DNA of 64,000 bases from NCBI RefSeq assembly GCF_009914755.1, contig NC_060934.1. One strand, 5' to 3'. Shown piece after piece: positions 1 to 14,639 of the stretch (positions are counted from its first letter, which is position 1; the number at the start of each line of letters is the position of its first letter). The notes under the pieces are model-generated. The model saw nothing but the letters and a program-made list of their open reading frames with translations, made no database searches and had not been told where the DNA came from. Both the position numbers and the translations under genes were made by a program. This stretch comes from the human T2T-CHM13v2.0 reference genome, Homo sapiens.

Positions 1-2
1 CT

Positions 3-304
3 TCAGAGCTCCCTGGACATTCCCTGGCCAAGTGTCATCCCTGTGTCAAATGGATGGGATGCCAGGTAATCCTTGTACTCCCCGTCAATCAGTTTGGCGG
101 CATTGTTCCTGGCAAACCAGCAGTCTATCTGCTCTTCCCCGTTGTAAATCTTCCTTTGCTTCCAGACCACTGGGACTTGGTGGCCTTTCACTGTTAGGAC
201 GGCCTCAGGCCCCTCTCCCACCTGAAGGAGCAGAGGGTGAGTGAGGTTCTGGCTGGGCCCTGCAGGGTCTTCTGTGAGTCTGGCATCCTGATTCAGGAAC
301 TGAC
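3..304 (-). CDS. ITIH5: ITIH5 last coding exon (exon 14): (G)QFLNQDARL…GMTLGQGMSREL*
   Basis: Acceptor ttccttgtcctcccag|GT at 305/304; phase 1 matches exon 13; TGA at 5-3; ORF 3..326. Confidence 0.97.
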
Positions 305-1185
305 CTGGGAGGACAAGGAAAAGCATCGGGTCTCAGTCAAATGCAGAAACCTCGTGCTGAACTCCAACTTCAGAGCTATCAGTGGCAGAAAGGCTTACAA
401 CTGGCCACAGCCCAAGACTGGACTCTCCCAGTGACATGGAAGAACATGTGCTCTGGGGGGCAGGGTGGAGAGAGCTGAGGATTTATCCACATTGTGGGAT
501 TTACCCATGACTGCTGGAAGCTTCCCAGCTGCTAACACTAGAAAGTTGTGTAACCTACACATAGTGATAACCACGGTCTCCTACTGAGTCCAGAGGACAG
601 GACGGGGCATATGAAGAGGGAAGTAGTGTTCCATCTTCTCTCTGTCCTCTTCCCAGTCACAGGCCCACCTCCTTTCTATCCGTCTCAGGTCTGTGCCGGG
701 TGGGGGTGGAAAGCAGTCAGCTCAGATCCTCTCTGACCCTCGTCCTCAGGACTCTCCTGGTCAGATGGCAGCACTGCTCAGGCCACAGGAATAAAGAGCT
801 GTGTCTGCAAGGGGAGCTCATGCTGGGCCGCCAGGCCCCACGAAACGCGGCCAGCTCAAGAGCCAGGAAATCCTGCCTACTAAACTGAGCCCTGACAATG
901 GCTTGCTCTTTATTTTTGGGCAAGGGGCCCACATGAAATTACACGTTGAAGAAAGCTGGGTAGAATGGCCCGCCTGCTGGGCACGGCCACGTGGGTGCCC
1001 CCCCGGTGGGGGTGTCGCTCAGGCTGGGCGCTGGGCAGGGCTGCCTCGTGTCTGTGTATTCTTGCTGAGAGCAAAGGAACTGGACCCTCAGGTGACTACA
1101 TTTTAATTCCTCATTCATTTTCCCAGAAGGCTAAAGAGAACTACTGGTTTATAAAGCCCATTCCTAGCTCACAAAGCCCAGGAAG

Positions 1186-1290
1186 GAATCTAATTTTCAT
1201 ATTACATATGTAGTAATCTAATGTTCATATTACATATATAGTAATCGAATTTTCATATTACATATGTAATTTTCATGTTACATATATAGT
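1186..1290. repeat. About 3.5 copies of a ~28-bp AT-rich tandem repeat (taatctaattttcatattacatatgtag)
   Basis: Directly visible repeated unit. Confidence 0.8.
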
Positions 1291-1636
1291 CATGCACCAC
1301 ATCATGACATTTTAATCAATGATGGACTGAAAATATGATGGTGGTCCCATAAGATTATAATAGCATATTTTTAGTGTACCTTTTCTATGTCTAGATATGT
1401 TTAGATGAACAAATACTTATCATCGTGTTGCAATTGCCTGCAGTAGTCCATGCAGTCACATGCTGTACAGGTTTGCAGCCCGGGAGCAATAGGAGACACC
1501 ACATAGCCTAGCTGAGTGGGTAGTATGCGACACTATCTAGAGAGGTTTGTGTAAGGATATTCTAGATGGTCACGTAATGACCAAATCACCTAACGACCAT
1601 TAGAATGTATCCCTGTCATTAAGCAAGGCATGACTG
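1287..1636 (+). mobile_element. Tigger3a/MER7-like Tc1-mariner MITE
   Basis: Terminal inverted repeats (t)agtcatgc…gcatgactg; internal ggtggtcccataagattataat; about 350 bp; TA at the left flank. Confidence 0.85.
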
Positions 1637-1988
1637 TGTGTGTCGGTGGGTGTGAATATATATAATATGTACATACATACACAGACTGTGTATGTGTACA
1701 CACACACATATATACAGACTGTGTGTATATATACACACACACACCATAGACTGTATACATACATACATATATACATACATACACAGACTGTATATGTATA
1801 CACACACACATACATACATATACAGACTGTGTGTGTATATATATATATACACACACCATACATACACAGACTGTATACATACATATACATATACACACAC
1901 GTTCATACATATAGACTGTATACCTACATATATACATATATACATACATAGACTGTATATATATATACATATATACACACATAGACTG

Positions 1989-2024
<36 letters not shown>

Positions 2025-2835
2025 TACATATACAGACTGTGTATATATACACACACCATACATACATACAGACTGTATATATAAACACACATACATACAC
2101 AGGCTATATATATATATATACACACATACACACACATCATACATACATATATACACAGAGTGTATACATACATATACACATATACACAGACTGTACATAT
2201 ATACACACACCATACATACAGACTGTATATATATATATACACACACACATCACACATAAAAGGATGGTATACATATATATATACATACACAGACTATGTA
2301 TGTATATATACACACATATCATGCACACATACATAGACAGTATACATACATATATACACATAGACTGTGTATATATACACACAGACATACATATGTACAT
2401 ATACAGACTGATTATATATTATGTATATGTGTGCATATATAGACTGTATATATACATACTTATCAGTCTGTGTATACATATATACATACAGACGGTATAT
2501 ATAATACATATATACATGTATATTTATAATATATAATACATTATGTATATGTATATATGTATAGACTGTATATATATACACACACATACATATACAGACC
2601 ATATACACATACATATACAGACTGCATATATAATATATATTATGTATTTATATAGAGAGACTATATACACATATGCAGTCTGCATGTACACATATGCATA
2701 CATACAGACTATATATAATACATATATACATATATATGTATAGTATATAATACATTATGTATATGTATATATGTATAGACTATATATATGTACACACACA
2801 CATACATACATACATATGCGGACTGTATATATAAT
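1637..2835. repeat. About 1.2-kb compound (TA)n/(CA)n microsatellite with a recurring agactgt spacer
   Basis: Directly visible; explains the Y/I/C/V/H/T-rich ORFs at 1590-2743. Confidence 0.97.
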
Positions 2836-2953
2836 GAAAACCACATTCCTATTGAATTTCTCAATCAAACGAAAGGTGTTGGCAATATCAGCTTTGCTTG
2901 GGAAATGTAACTCTGCCCTCTATGCCCAGCGTGAGGAGAGCGCAGCTTCCTAC

Positions 2954-3331
2954 CCAGCAGTCCGTGGCAGTTGCTGGAAAGGCCCTCGCTGTTGGCAATG
3001 TAGAAACCCAGGTGGTGTCGCTGGAAGGGCGCCGGCTTTTTGTAGAGGTGGATGAGGATGACAAAGGCTATGGAGCCCTGGATGGTGACGGTGACATTGG
3101 CGTTGGCAGACACGGACACCTCCAGCCCCCAGCTCCCCACCACCACACTCTGGTTGCAGGGGAGCACCAGTCTGTCCCCACCATCCAAGATGACTCTGCT
3201 CGGTGTGATCTCGAGATAAGATCTCTCTGGCTTGTTGATGAGGATGGTGATAGTGCGCAAGTAAGTGCGCTGTTTCTTGTGGCCATTTGGAGGGGCGGGT
3301 GCCCCAATTAACTCTCCGTTCACTGTGACAC
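2954..3331 (-). CDS. ITIH5: ITIH5 exon 13 (378 nt): (G)VTVNGELIGAPAPPNGHKKQRTY…SSNCHGLL(G), C-terminal domain
   Basis: Acceptor ttggcctttgag|GT; donor CTGG|gtagga; ORF 2865..3323; phase 1-1. Confidence 0.95.
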
Positions 3332-3370
3332 CTCAAAGGCCAAGGGGAAAAGAAGAAGGTTAGAAAATCT

Positions 3371-3657
3371 GACCAGGAGTGGTGGCTCACACCTGTAATC
3401 CCAGCACTTAGAAGGCCAGGGCAGGTGGATTGCCTGAGTCCAGGAGTTCAAGACCAGCCTGGGCAACACAGAGACCCCATCTCTACTAAAAATAAACAAT
3501 TAGCTGAGCATAGTGGTGCAAGCCTGTAGTCCCAGCTAGTTCACTTGAGCCCAGGAGTTCCCTTGAGGCCAGGAGTTCAAGGCTGCAGTGATCTGTGATT
3601 GCACCACTGCAGTCTACCCTGGGCTACAGAGTGAGATCCTATCTCATTAAAAAAAAA

Positions 3658-3666
<9 letters not shown>
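3371..3666 (+). mobile_element. Alu (old, AluJ-like)
   Basis: Alu arms and poly(A); TSD agaaaatct at 3362-3370 and 3831-3839. Confidence 0.9.
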
Positions 3667-3688
<22 letters not shown>

Positions 3689-3836
3689 GAAGAAAGAAGA
3701 AAGAAGAAAGAAGAAAGAAGAAGAGGAAGAGGAAGAGGAAGAGGAAGAGGAAGAAGAAGAAGAAGAAGAAGAAGAAGAAGAAGAAGAAGAAGAAGAAGAA
3801 GAAGAAGAAGAAGAAGAAGAAGAAAAGAAAAGAAAA
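3667..3836. repeat. Polypurine tract: (GAA)n, (GAGGAA)n, then about 25 pure GAA (3750-3824)
   Basis: Directly visible. Confidence 0.97.
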
Positions 3837-4219
3837 TCTATCCCTGCCCAACGCATCAAGTTAGAACTTCCCTCCTCCTTTGGGCTTATCTTTGTATCTC
3901 TAGTACCAAAAACATGTCTGACTTACACACAGAGGTCACTCAGTGGTCACCAAGTGAGTGAACAAATGAGGGAATGCGTAAAGTTATGTGCGGATTTTTT
4001 ACTGTTGTCTGACCAGTATGTTGGGATAGGGGAGAGAGGATGTAGTTTTGGGTCAAGATATCGTAGATGGAGGCATGAAGCTAAGTATTTGTGCATCTAC
4101 ACACAGCTTACCATGTTCGTCTGGTTTCCTTCCAGTGTGGCTGTAGTGATAAGAACTCTTATATGACCCTGATACATATTTTGTACCTACCAGAGGCTGC
4201 TGATCCTAATTCGGACATC

Positions 4220-4221
<2 letters not shown>

Positions 4222-4271
<50 letters not shown>

Positions 4272-4534
4272 CTTTAGGTTTTAGAGTACATGTGCCCAAC
4301 GTGCAGGTTTGTTACATATGTATACATGTGCCCTGTTGGTGTGCTGCACCCATTAACTCGTCATTTACATTAGGTATATCTCCTCATGCTATCCCGCCCC
4401 CCTACCCCGACCCCACGACAGGCCCTGGTATGTGATGTTCCCCACCCTGTGTCCAAGTGTTCTCATTGTTCAATTCCCACCTATGAGTGAGAACATGCGG
4501 TGTTTGGTTTTCTGTCCTTGCAATAGTTTGCTCA
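4222..4534 (-). mobile_element. 5'-truncated L1PA 3' end with (AAT)n tail
   Basis: ttatactttaggttttagagtacatgtgcccaacgtgcaggtttgttacat… is an antisense L1PA 3'UTR; TSD gacatctt at 4214-4221 and 4535-4542. Confidence 0.93.
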
Positions 4535-4660
4535 GACATCTTATGATGCCACTGAGCAGTGTGGGAGAATGTAAACTTAGTTGTTGTTTTTTGTTTTGTT
4601 TTTGTCCAAAAACTCAAGTTCTTCCACTTAGGTGTTTGTCCTTAGACAAGTCAAAAAAAA

Positions 4661-4800
4661 ACCTGTAATCCCAGTTTCTGGGGAAGCTGAGGCAGGAGAA
4701 TCACTTAAACCCAGGAGGTGGAGATTGCAGTGAGCTGAGATGGTGCCACTTCACTGCAGCCTAGGCAACAGAGTGAAACTACATCTCAAAAAAACAAAAA
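4661..4800 (+). mobile_element. Partial Alu (right arm)
   Basis: cctgtaatcccag…gaggcaggagaatcactt…A tail. Confidence 0.85.
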
Positions 4801-5900
4801 CCCTGCCTCAATTTCCTTATCTGTAAAATGGATGGACAGATGGAAAACCTAACAGAATTTTTGTGAGGATCCCAGAAGGTAGCATGTGTGTAAGTTGTAA
4901 ACTGCTATGAAATAGAACTCCTTTTTTTTCTTCATCATTATGAACATCACTGGGGCTTTTCTGGACTTGAGCAAGGCCTGTGAACCAGGCCCCAGGGTTC
5001 CGTGCTGTCTGGCTGAATAACAAACAGATGGCGATTGCACTTGAGATGTTTGGGGCTGAATTAGGTGATGCATGTTAAATGTGTTTTGCTCTCAGGCAAA
5101 GCAGCAATTTGCAATAAGAAAAGATTGCTATATAATTAACTCTTGTTTTCTCTGCTTTGAGAACAATCTTCCCAGTAATCTTCCCAATAAAACTTCTTAG
5201 ACATTCAAGGAAAAAAGGGCCTTCTCTGGGGCAAGGGGTCAGGGGAGAGGAGAAATCCCAGCATGAGAAGAGCCTATGCTCTTCCAGCCTCAAAGTTCTA
5301 AGCATTTTCAGGCTGAGTTCCCACCACGGACATCTCGCTGAAGACAGAAACCATGGGAACTGCTCCCAGAATAGGAGGTATTTCCAAGGACATATACAGT
5401 TAGGCCCCTATCTTGCTCCTGAGCCCTTTGAAATAAGAAACAGTAGAGATTTGGCTATGAGGCTATAAAGTCCCACAAGAAAACATGTGTTGAAGGAACC
5501 CCAGGATCAAACTCTACATAATTGCATCACACATATCACCTGCTGGGGGACCCTGTGCAACCCAACATTCCAAGACACGTTCTCAGCAGTGAGGAAGTGC
5601 CGGGGTGCCCACTCCAAAGCTTGTCCTCACAGAGCTGGACATGGTTTGTTACCTGCATCGAACTTGAAAAGCTTTCTCTGTGCTAATCTCTTTCACCCAA
5701 GCCCTCTACAGACCAACAGGGGCCACAGAGCCCCTTTGTCCATACATGTTCACGGCACACAGACAGAACTGTGGATTAACATGTGACATCCCATGTAAGT
5801 CATCAAGAAACTGACATGAGTTTAGAACCTTGGCCTCCCCGGCATCACAGCTTTTGAATGGATAGACACTATGACAATAATACACAATAATATATTGTGG

Positions 5901-6234
<334 letters not shown>

Positions 6235-6579
6235 TAGCGGATTTCTAAAGCACTTCAGCATTTAAAAAACAACTTCATAACCAGTTTCATTTGATCCATT
6301 TTATATTAGCTCTGTGAGGCCAAGAGAGTGTTCCTATCTCCATTTTACAAGGGAAACAACTCCCAAGGCATGTGCCCAAGGTCACACGGCACTTGTCATA
6401 AAGCAGGGAGTCGGATGCATAAGTCCAGGAGCGCAGTGCGCTTCCCTTAACCACTGACGATACTCACTGAGCGTCTGTAAGGTGGCCCTTGGATCACTGG
6501 ACATCCATCTGAAGAACAGAGGGGGATGCAGTACCTACCTGGTCCTTGCCCAGATGCTGCAGCGGAAGGTAGAACTTAC

Positions 6580-6696
6580 CAGAGTCCCTGTGATCAGAGA
6601 CCAGCCTGAGGATGTCCCCGGGCTGCCCATCAATGTTGAAGCACACGGTGAGTCTGCTCAGGGGGAAATCCACAACAAAGTGGGGATCACCATCCA
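6580..6696 (-). CDS. ITIH5: ITIH5 exon 12 (117 nt): VDGDPHFVVDFPLSRLTVCFNIDGQPGDILRLVSDHRDS(G), with the Asp-Pro cleavage motif
   Basis: Acceptor ttcttctgctctggcag|TG; donor TCTG|gtaagt; DPHFVV matches the ITIH DPHFII consensus. Confidence 0.97.
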
Positions 6697-7423
6697 CTGC
6701 CAGAGCAGAAGAAAACGGAGAGAAAAAGAAAGACACTTATTCAGTACCTTCCTTGTGTAGGTGCTACTCTCTATTTTCTCATGAATTATTTTATTGAATC
6801 CTGAAAACTATTCTGGAAGGAGGTGTCCTCAATTTCCAGATGAGGAAGATGAGTGGGAGGGAAACAACTCCCCAGAATTACCCAGTGAGTTTGCAGTAAA
6901 CATTTGACTTCAGGTCTTCTAAATTCCAATATAATGCTCCTTTCAACACACCTCAGCTCAGTCTAGACAACTAAGCTTTGAGAGGTGAGAGGAGAAGGAA
7001 AGAGAGATCCCCACACACCTTCAACTGGTACTCAGCCCCCATGCTTCCATTTCCCAGGGGGACATCCCTTGCTATTTGCTTTCTCCTTTAATGGCACAGA
7101 TGCAGAGGACTTTCCTCCCTATGATGGGAGATCTATGGTGCTTCTTCTCCCAGGAAGCCATGGGCTACCCCAGGCTCATTCGCAGCGTCAGCTGTACGCC
7201 ACCCCTGCACGCAGGCACTGAGAGCCATGCCCAGCTTAGATGCAGAGGCAAGGGAAGCAAAATGCGAGTAGGCGGCCAGGCGCACAGTCAGGGTGCTGGC
7301 GGAAACCCCTCCTTTGGGTCACTCCGACTTCACTGCTCTGAAATTTCTGTCCACAGATGAGACCGCAAAGTTCAGCTGACAGTTCTTATCTGTTCTCCTC
7401 ATTTTCACCTCTGTTAAAGGTGA

Positions 7424-7936
<513 letters not shown>

Positions 7937-8176
7937 TAAGCTGCAGCAAACTAACATCCCTGCATTGACTGCTGAGAAACCCTTTCTGCCCCAGCATCCC
8001 TGACACGGGCCCTTGAGAGGATCTGGCTGCTCTCCCTGGGAAGTGCCTCAACTTCCCTGAAAATTGCAACATATGAAGAAATTCAAGGTGCTGGTCTTTT
8101 GCTGATGGGGAAAAACTGACCCCCAGAGGAGATCAAAGTTCTCATCCACATTGCTGGCATTTTTCAGGCATGCACG

Positions 8177-8844
<668 letters not shown>

Positions 8845-9233
8845 TCTAGCTCATCTGACAGTTTTCTGAGAGTTTCTATGTGCACATACCACACCATTTC
8901 TACTCAAATTGTCCAAATTTCTTTACAAGGAAAGATAGTGCTTGCTCCAAAAAAGAGGGGAGGGTCAAAAAGTCATTACTCCAGGCAGCATCCAAGAGGA
9001 AGCTTTTCTGGCATTCCATAAAGCCTGTGTGTGTGTGTTGGAAGGAATTACATTCTGTCTCCCGCAGGCTGTGCGGACTCTATATCCACAGCTCATCTCC
9101 GGGATGTCCCTGGCTTTAGGAACTTGCACGTACAGCACAGCAGCAGAAAGGCAACAATCAAGACTTCCAGAGGATGATCTGGACACAGCAGAACAAAACC
9201 CAGTCATAGGTTGTTCTTTCCTCTGAATTTTTA

Positions 9234-9310
9234 TTATAGTTCCAGGATGCTGGCAAAAGGAAATTTCATGACATTTGAAAAAATCTGTTCTTCCCTTCTG
9301 AAGCCACGAA
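9234..9310 (-). CDS. ITIH5: ITIH5 alternative terminal exon, coding part: VRGFRREEQIFSNVMKFPFASILEL*
   Basis: Strong acceptor tttgtttttgttttcatttttttcag|TT at 9311/9310; phase 1 fits exon 11; 25 codons then TAA (9236-9234) overlapping AATAAA. The implied 702-aa length agrees with my unverified recollection of a short ITIH5 isoform. Confidence 0.75.
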
Positions 9311-9683
9311 CTGAAAAAAATGAAAACAAAAACAAAGCCTGCCTGTCACACCAGACATTTTTATTTTGGTAGCACCATTTTATGTTTATGATAGCAGAGG
9401 CTGGAAGGATGCATGCTCCGGATCTCTAAAACAAATGTCTTCTAAACTCAATGAGGGTCAGAATGTGCCTCTGCCACCCATCTATTGGGTGGTGCAATAT
9501 AGCTCACTGCAGCCTCATCGGGTTTCCTGCCAGGCTTCCTGGGGACTGTGCTATCTCCATGGTGTTTATGGGATGGTTTCATAACAGCTGCACTTCTCAG
9601 GCTCTGCCTCACACTGTGGGCTTGATACATTGCTGAATGAGCTGGTATTTTTAACTGGCTTCAAGGAATTCTTGGTTTTACAC

Positions 9684-10112
<429 letters not shown>

Positions 10113-10240
10113 CTAAAAGGGAGAAGGAAGAGAACATCATGGTCATTCATTAAAGAAGATGAAGAGAGAGGTGCAAAGGGAGAGAGGAGACATGAGCAAA
10201 ACACAGCTTTTAGGTACGTTTGTAACAGCTTAAATAATCA

Positions 10241-10620
<380 letters not shown>

Positions 10621-10759
10621 ATAGAATAGAAACTACACAAGTGGAATGTAAAGTGTGTAGGATTAATTATTTAATTATTGTATGATTTAGATACTATTCT
10701 TTTCTGTGATTTTTGTGTATATTATAGGGGAAAATATTTTATCACACTTGAGATGTATT

Positions 10760-10960
10760 TATAGGGGAAGGGAGAAATGAGCTGTTGTTCAGTGGGCCTG
10801 TAGCATTTCAGACGTGCAAGATGGAAAAGTTCTAGAGATCTGTTTCACAACAGTGTGAATATACCTAACATCGCTTACCAGCATTGAACTGTACGCTTAA
10901 AAATGGGTAAGGTGGTAAATTTTATGTTCACAACAAAAACAAAAACAAACAATAATGCAA
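10760..10960 (+). mobile_element. L1M 3'-end fragment
   Basis: gatggaaaagttctagagatctg…tgaactgtacgcttaaaaatgggtaaggtggtaaattttatg. Confidence 0.75.
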
Positions 10961-11386
10961 TAAAAGAGGTACAGTTATAATCCAGTGTCTGTAGCTATGT
11001 GTGCGGCGGAATTTACAAAGCAGAAGATTTTGAAACACTTTGTATTTCAAAGTACTGGTGCTTTGAATAAATATTCAATGAAAGAATAACCTAAAAGTAA
11101 TTAATATCTATAAATAAAATCAATATCTTACGTCAAATTGTTAGTACTAGGTAAAATTGTGCTCCTCTTCTCTGGTTTTTATTGCTCACAGAAATTAAAG
11201 AGTGAGATATCTAAAGGTTCTTGAAGTACTCCCTTCTCAATACTGGTCTTGACCAGCGTGATCTGGGCAGAATGTAGATTAGCCAGGAAAGAGGATGGAT
11301 GACTGGATGACTGATTTGAGGAGTGGCAGCTGCCACCAACTCTCAAAAAAATTAAAATTTAAATTTAAAAACCATCAGAGCTTTAA

Positions 11387-11853
<467 letters not shown>

Positions 11854-12944
11854 CTAGCATCAAGATCTTATTCAGAAAGCCACTTTTCCTGGATGTGGCA
11901 TGGATCTCATAGGTAGAAAGTGATAGCATCCTGCCACATGCTTTTAATCACAACAAAAATTGTGTACGTTTTGCCAAGACAAGCTCCACGCTTTCTGAAA
12001 TAGCCATGTCAATTGCAACCTCGCTATCAGGGTCCGAACTTTTCAATACATTTCTGGTATTCCGTGCCTCCACGGAAGGCGTGTCTGACATTTGTGCAAA
12101 ACTCACTGTGTGCCCACGGCATTCCATATTTAGTTCTTACAACAGCCCTGCAGGGAAATTATGATTATCTCCGTGTTCAGGGCTGGGGAGTGGGAATGGA
12201 AGCTCAGAGAGGTTGAGAAACCTGCCTCAGGCCTCACAGCTGGTCAGGAGGGTTGGTGAATCCTAACTGCATGCTTTCTCCACACCCAGGTCCTTCTAAG
12301 ACTTTAGAGTGTGAGGAATAAATGGGACAGCATTGGTGGGGTGCAGAGTAGGGTCCGACCAAACTCAGTTTCCTCTCCTAGGAGAGAGAACTTGACAGGA
12401 GCCCAGTAAAAATGTGATGCATGTGAAACGCGATTTTCCACACGCAGATCTGCCAGGAATACAATGCCCTGCTTTGGTTTCACTGTGTTTCCTTTCTCTT
12501 GTTCTCGTCTCTACTCATCCCCGCAGCAGAATGGCACCGGGACTGACTGTGCCTGCTTCTGTTCAGATTCTCAGAGACTGACATGGAAAGACCGGATTCT
12601 TGCAAGAATCCGTACCTTGGTCCTTCCCACATGCTCTCGGGGAAATAAAATCAAGCACACAATTAAATTATACTACATAACTCTGAAGTGCTTGAAAATA
12701 TAGAAAGGCACTGAAAAATGGGCACTGGTATGTTCATTTCAGTGCTTCCGCCCATGCCTGAAACCTGGCAAGCACTCAGTTTATTGATGCTTTATTGATG
12801 GACTGACTTCACTAGGTGACATTTCTGAACCAAATGCCACCTTTTTCTCATTTCTCTAGACAGCCACAGTGTATAGCAATGCACATACAACAGTCTACAA
12901 TACTCCCTGAAGATTATGAGCTGTATATAGTGTTATTGCTTTTT

Positions 12945-13243
12945 GGTTGGTTGTTTTTTTAGAGACGGGGTCTTGCTCTGTCACCCAGGTTGGAGAGCAA
13001 TGGTACGATCATGGCTCACTGCAGCCTCAAACTCCTGGGCTCCAGTGATCCTCCTTCCTCAGCCTCCTGAGTAGCTGAGACTACAGGCATTCCACCATAC
13101 ATAGATAATTAATTTTTTTTTCTTTTGTAGAGACAGGGTCTCTCTGTGTTGCCCAAGCTGGTATTGAACTCATGGCCTCAAGGGATCCCACCTCAGCCTC
13201 CCAAAGTGCTGGGATTACAGGTGTGAGCTACTATACCCGGTCT
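12945..13243 (-). mobile_element. Alu (AluJ-like)
   Basis: Antisense Alu. Confidence 0.9.
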
Positions 13244-13371
13244 GGGTTATTGTTTATAAGTATTATAGCAAGATGGAATAACACAGCTTCCTGCTGGGGC
13301 TTCCTGTGGAGGAGGTGAGTGGTATCTCAGGCCCGCGTCCCCCACACCTGGCTGGCACAGGTGCCTCGTAC

Positions 13372-13931
13372 CTGGCTGCGTGCCAGCTCCTCGCACGCTC
13401 TGCACCACCGGTTCGGGTCCCATGGCAGCCGACATGCCGTGGGCCTCCTCCAGGCCATCCATGCGTGGGACCGGCCCCCTCAGCTTCATGGAGGTGAAGG
13501 GAGTGAGGAAGCGGTAGCTCACAGCCAGGGCCTGGGCCCGCTGCCGCAGCCGCTCCTTCTCCGGTTCATCGTCACTTTGCAGCCAGGAGCTCAGCAGCTC
13601 CTTTGTGGTGAGGTAGCTCCAGAGACGCTCGATGTGGTTGGTGTCCCCCTCTCCATCGCCTCCAGGCCTGGGGCTTCCTGTGACATCTTTCCCTGCCTTC
13701 TGAGGCCGCACAGGCACATCTGTCTTCAGGATGATGAATTTCTTACTGTTGCTGGCGGTGACCTCCACGTGCAGGTGATCCAGCTTCCTGTCCACCAGCT
13801 TCCCCGCAATGATGATCTCCGAGCCGTTGAAGTAGTTGGGGAACAGGGTCTTGGTGGCCTGCACCACTGAGCTGGGGGGATAATCGATGCGGATGTCAGA
13901 GAGGAGCGGGGTCCTGATTTCATCGTAGAAC
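13372..13931 (-). CDS. ITIH5: ITIH5 exon 10 (560 nt): FYDEIRTPLLSDIRIDYP…VRGAGTQP(G)
   Basis: Acceptor ttccactgcag|GT; donor CCAG|gtacga; ORF 13247..14029; typical ITIH motifs FNGSEIIIAGK, IERLWSYLT, YRFLTPFTSM. Confidence 0.97.
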
Positions 13932-14639
13932 CTGCAGTGGAAGCACAGGGAGGGAGGGAGATCAGGGCCCTGCTCTGACAGCAGGCAGGACAGTCCTAAA
14001 GGAAACTGCAGACTCTCAGGGGGATGCATCTGATTTTAGAAGCAATTGAGTCCAACATGGCACCCCACACAATATTTCTGCCAGGAGATCACTAGGCAGC
14101 AGGTTGAACACCATTGGTGAGAGGGAATGCATTCTCTCACGCGGCTTCTGAGCTGTTTTTCAACCACTCTCATGATGAGAAAAAACCTGCTTATAGTAGA
14201 TTAAAATCTTCCTCCCTGAAATTTCCACCCACTGGTTTCAGTTTTGCCTCTGGAACAATATCGAATTAGTGTAATCCATTTCAACAGACATTTGGATGCT
14301 TAAAAAACAATGCTGTGCATTCCTTTAAGCCCAGTCAATCCCCAGTTTCATGAACTATTCTTCCTGTGATACAATTTCAAGATTCCCTCACCAGTCTTGG
14401 TAAATTTCCTTTGTGTACACTTACGTTTCTTAAAGGGACTCTTAAAAACCTTTTTCTTAGAACCAAATACAAATTCCAGATGTGCTTTAAGCAGCGCATT
14501 CTACTTCAGAAACCTGACTTTCGTGAGTTTGTGCGTATAACATTTGCTTGCATTTGCTTTCCTTGTAGTTAAGTTGCATGGTCGCTTCTTGCTAAGTAAG
14601 GAGACAATTAAAATTCCCTTTCAAAAGGCCTAGAAACCA

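Noticed and set aside
1590-2743. Many 60-223 aa ORFs rich in Y/I/C/V/M/H/T on both strands
   Set aside because: Products of the TA/CA microsatellite, which lacks stop codons; no domain or splice support.
3595-3864. Poly-K, poly-F and poly-S ORFs
   Set aside because: Translations of the GAA tract.
13319-13870. 183-aa plus-strand ORF (also 16560-17059 and 2898-3311)
   Set aside because: Antisense shadows of GC-rich ITIH5 exons 10, 9 and 13; no independent gene features.
13247-14029. 260-aa ORF as a stand-alone gene
   Set aside because: Only 13372-13931 is bounded by splice sites and ITIH-like; the ends are intronic read-through.
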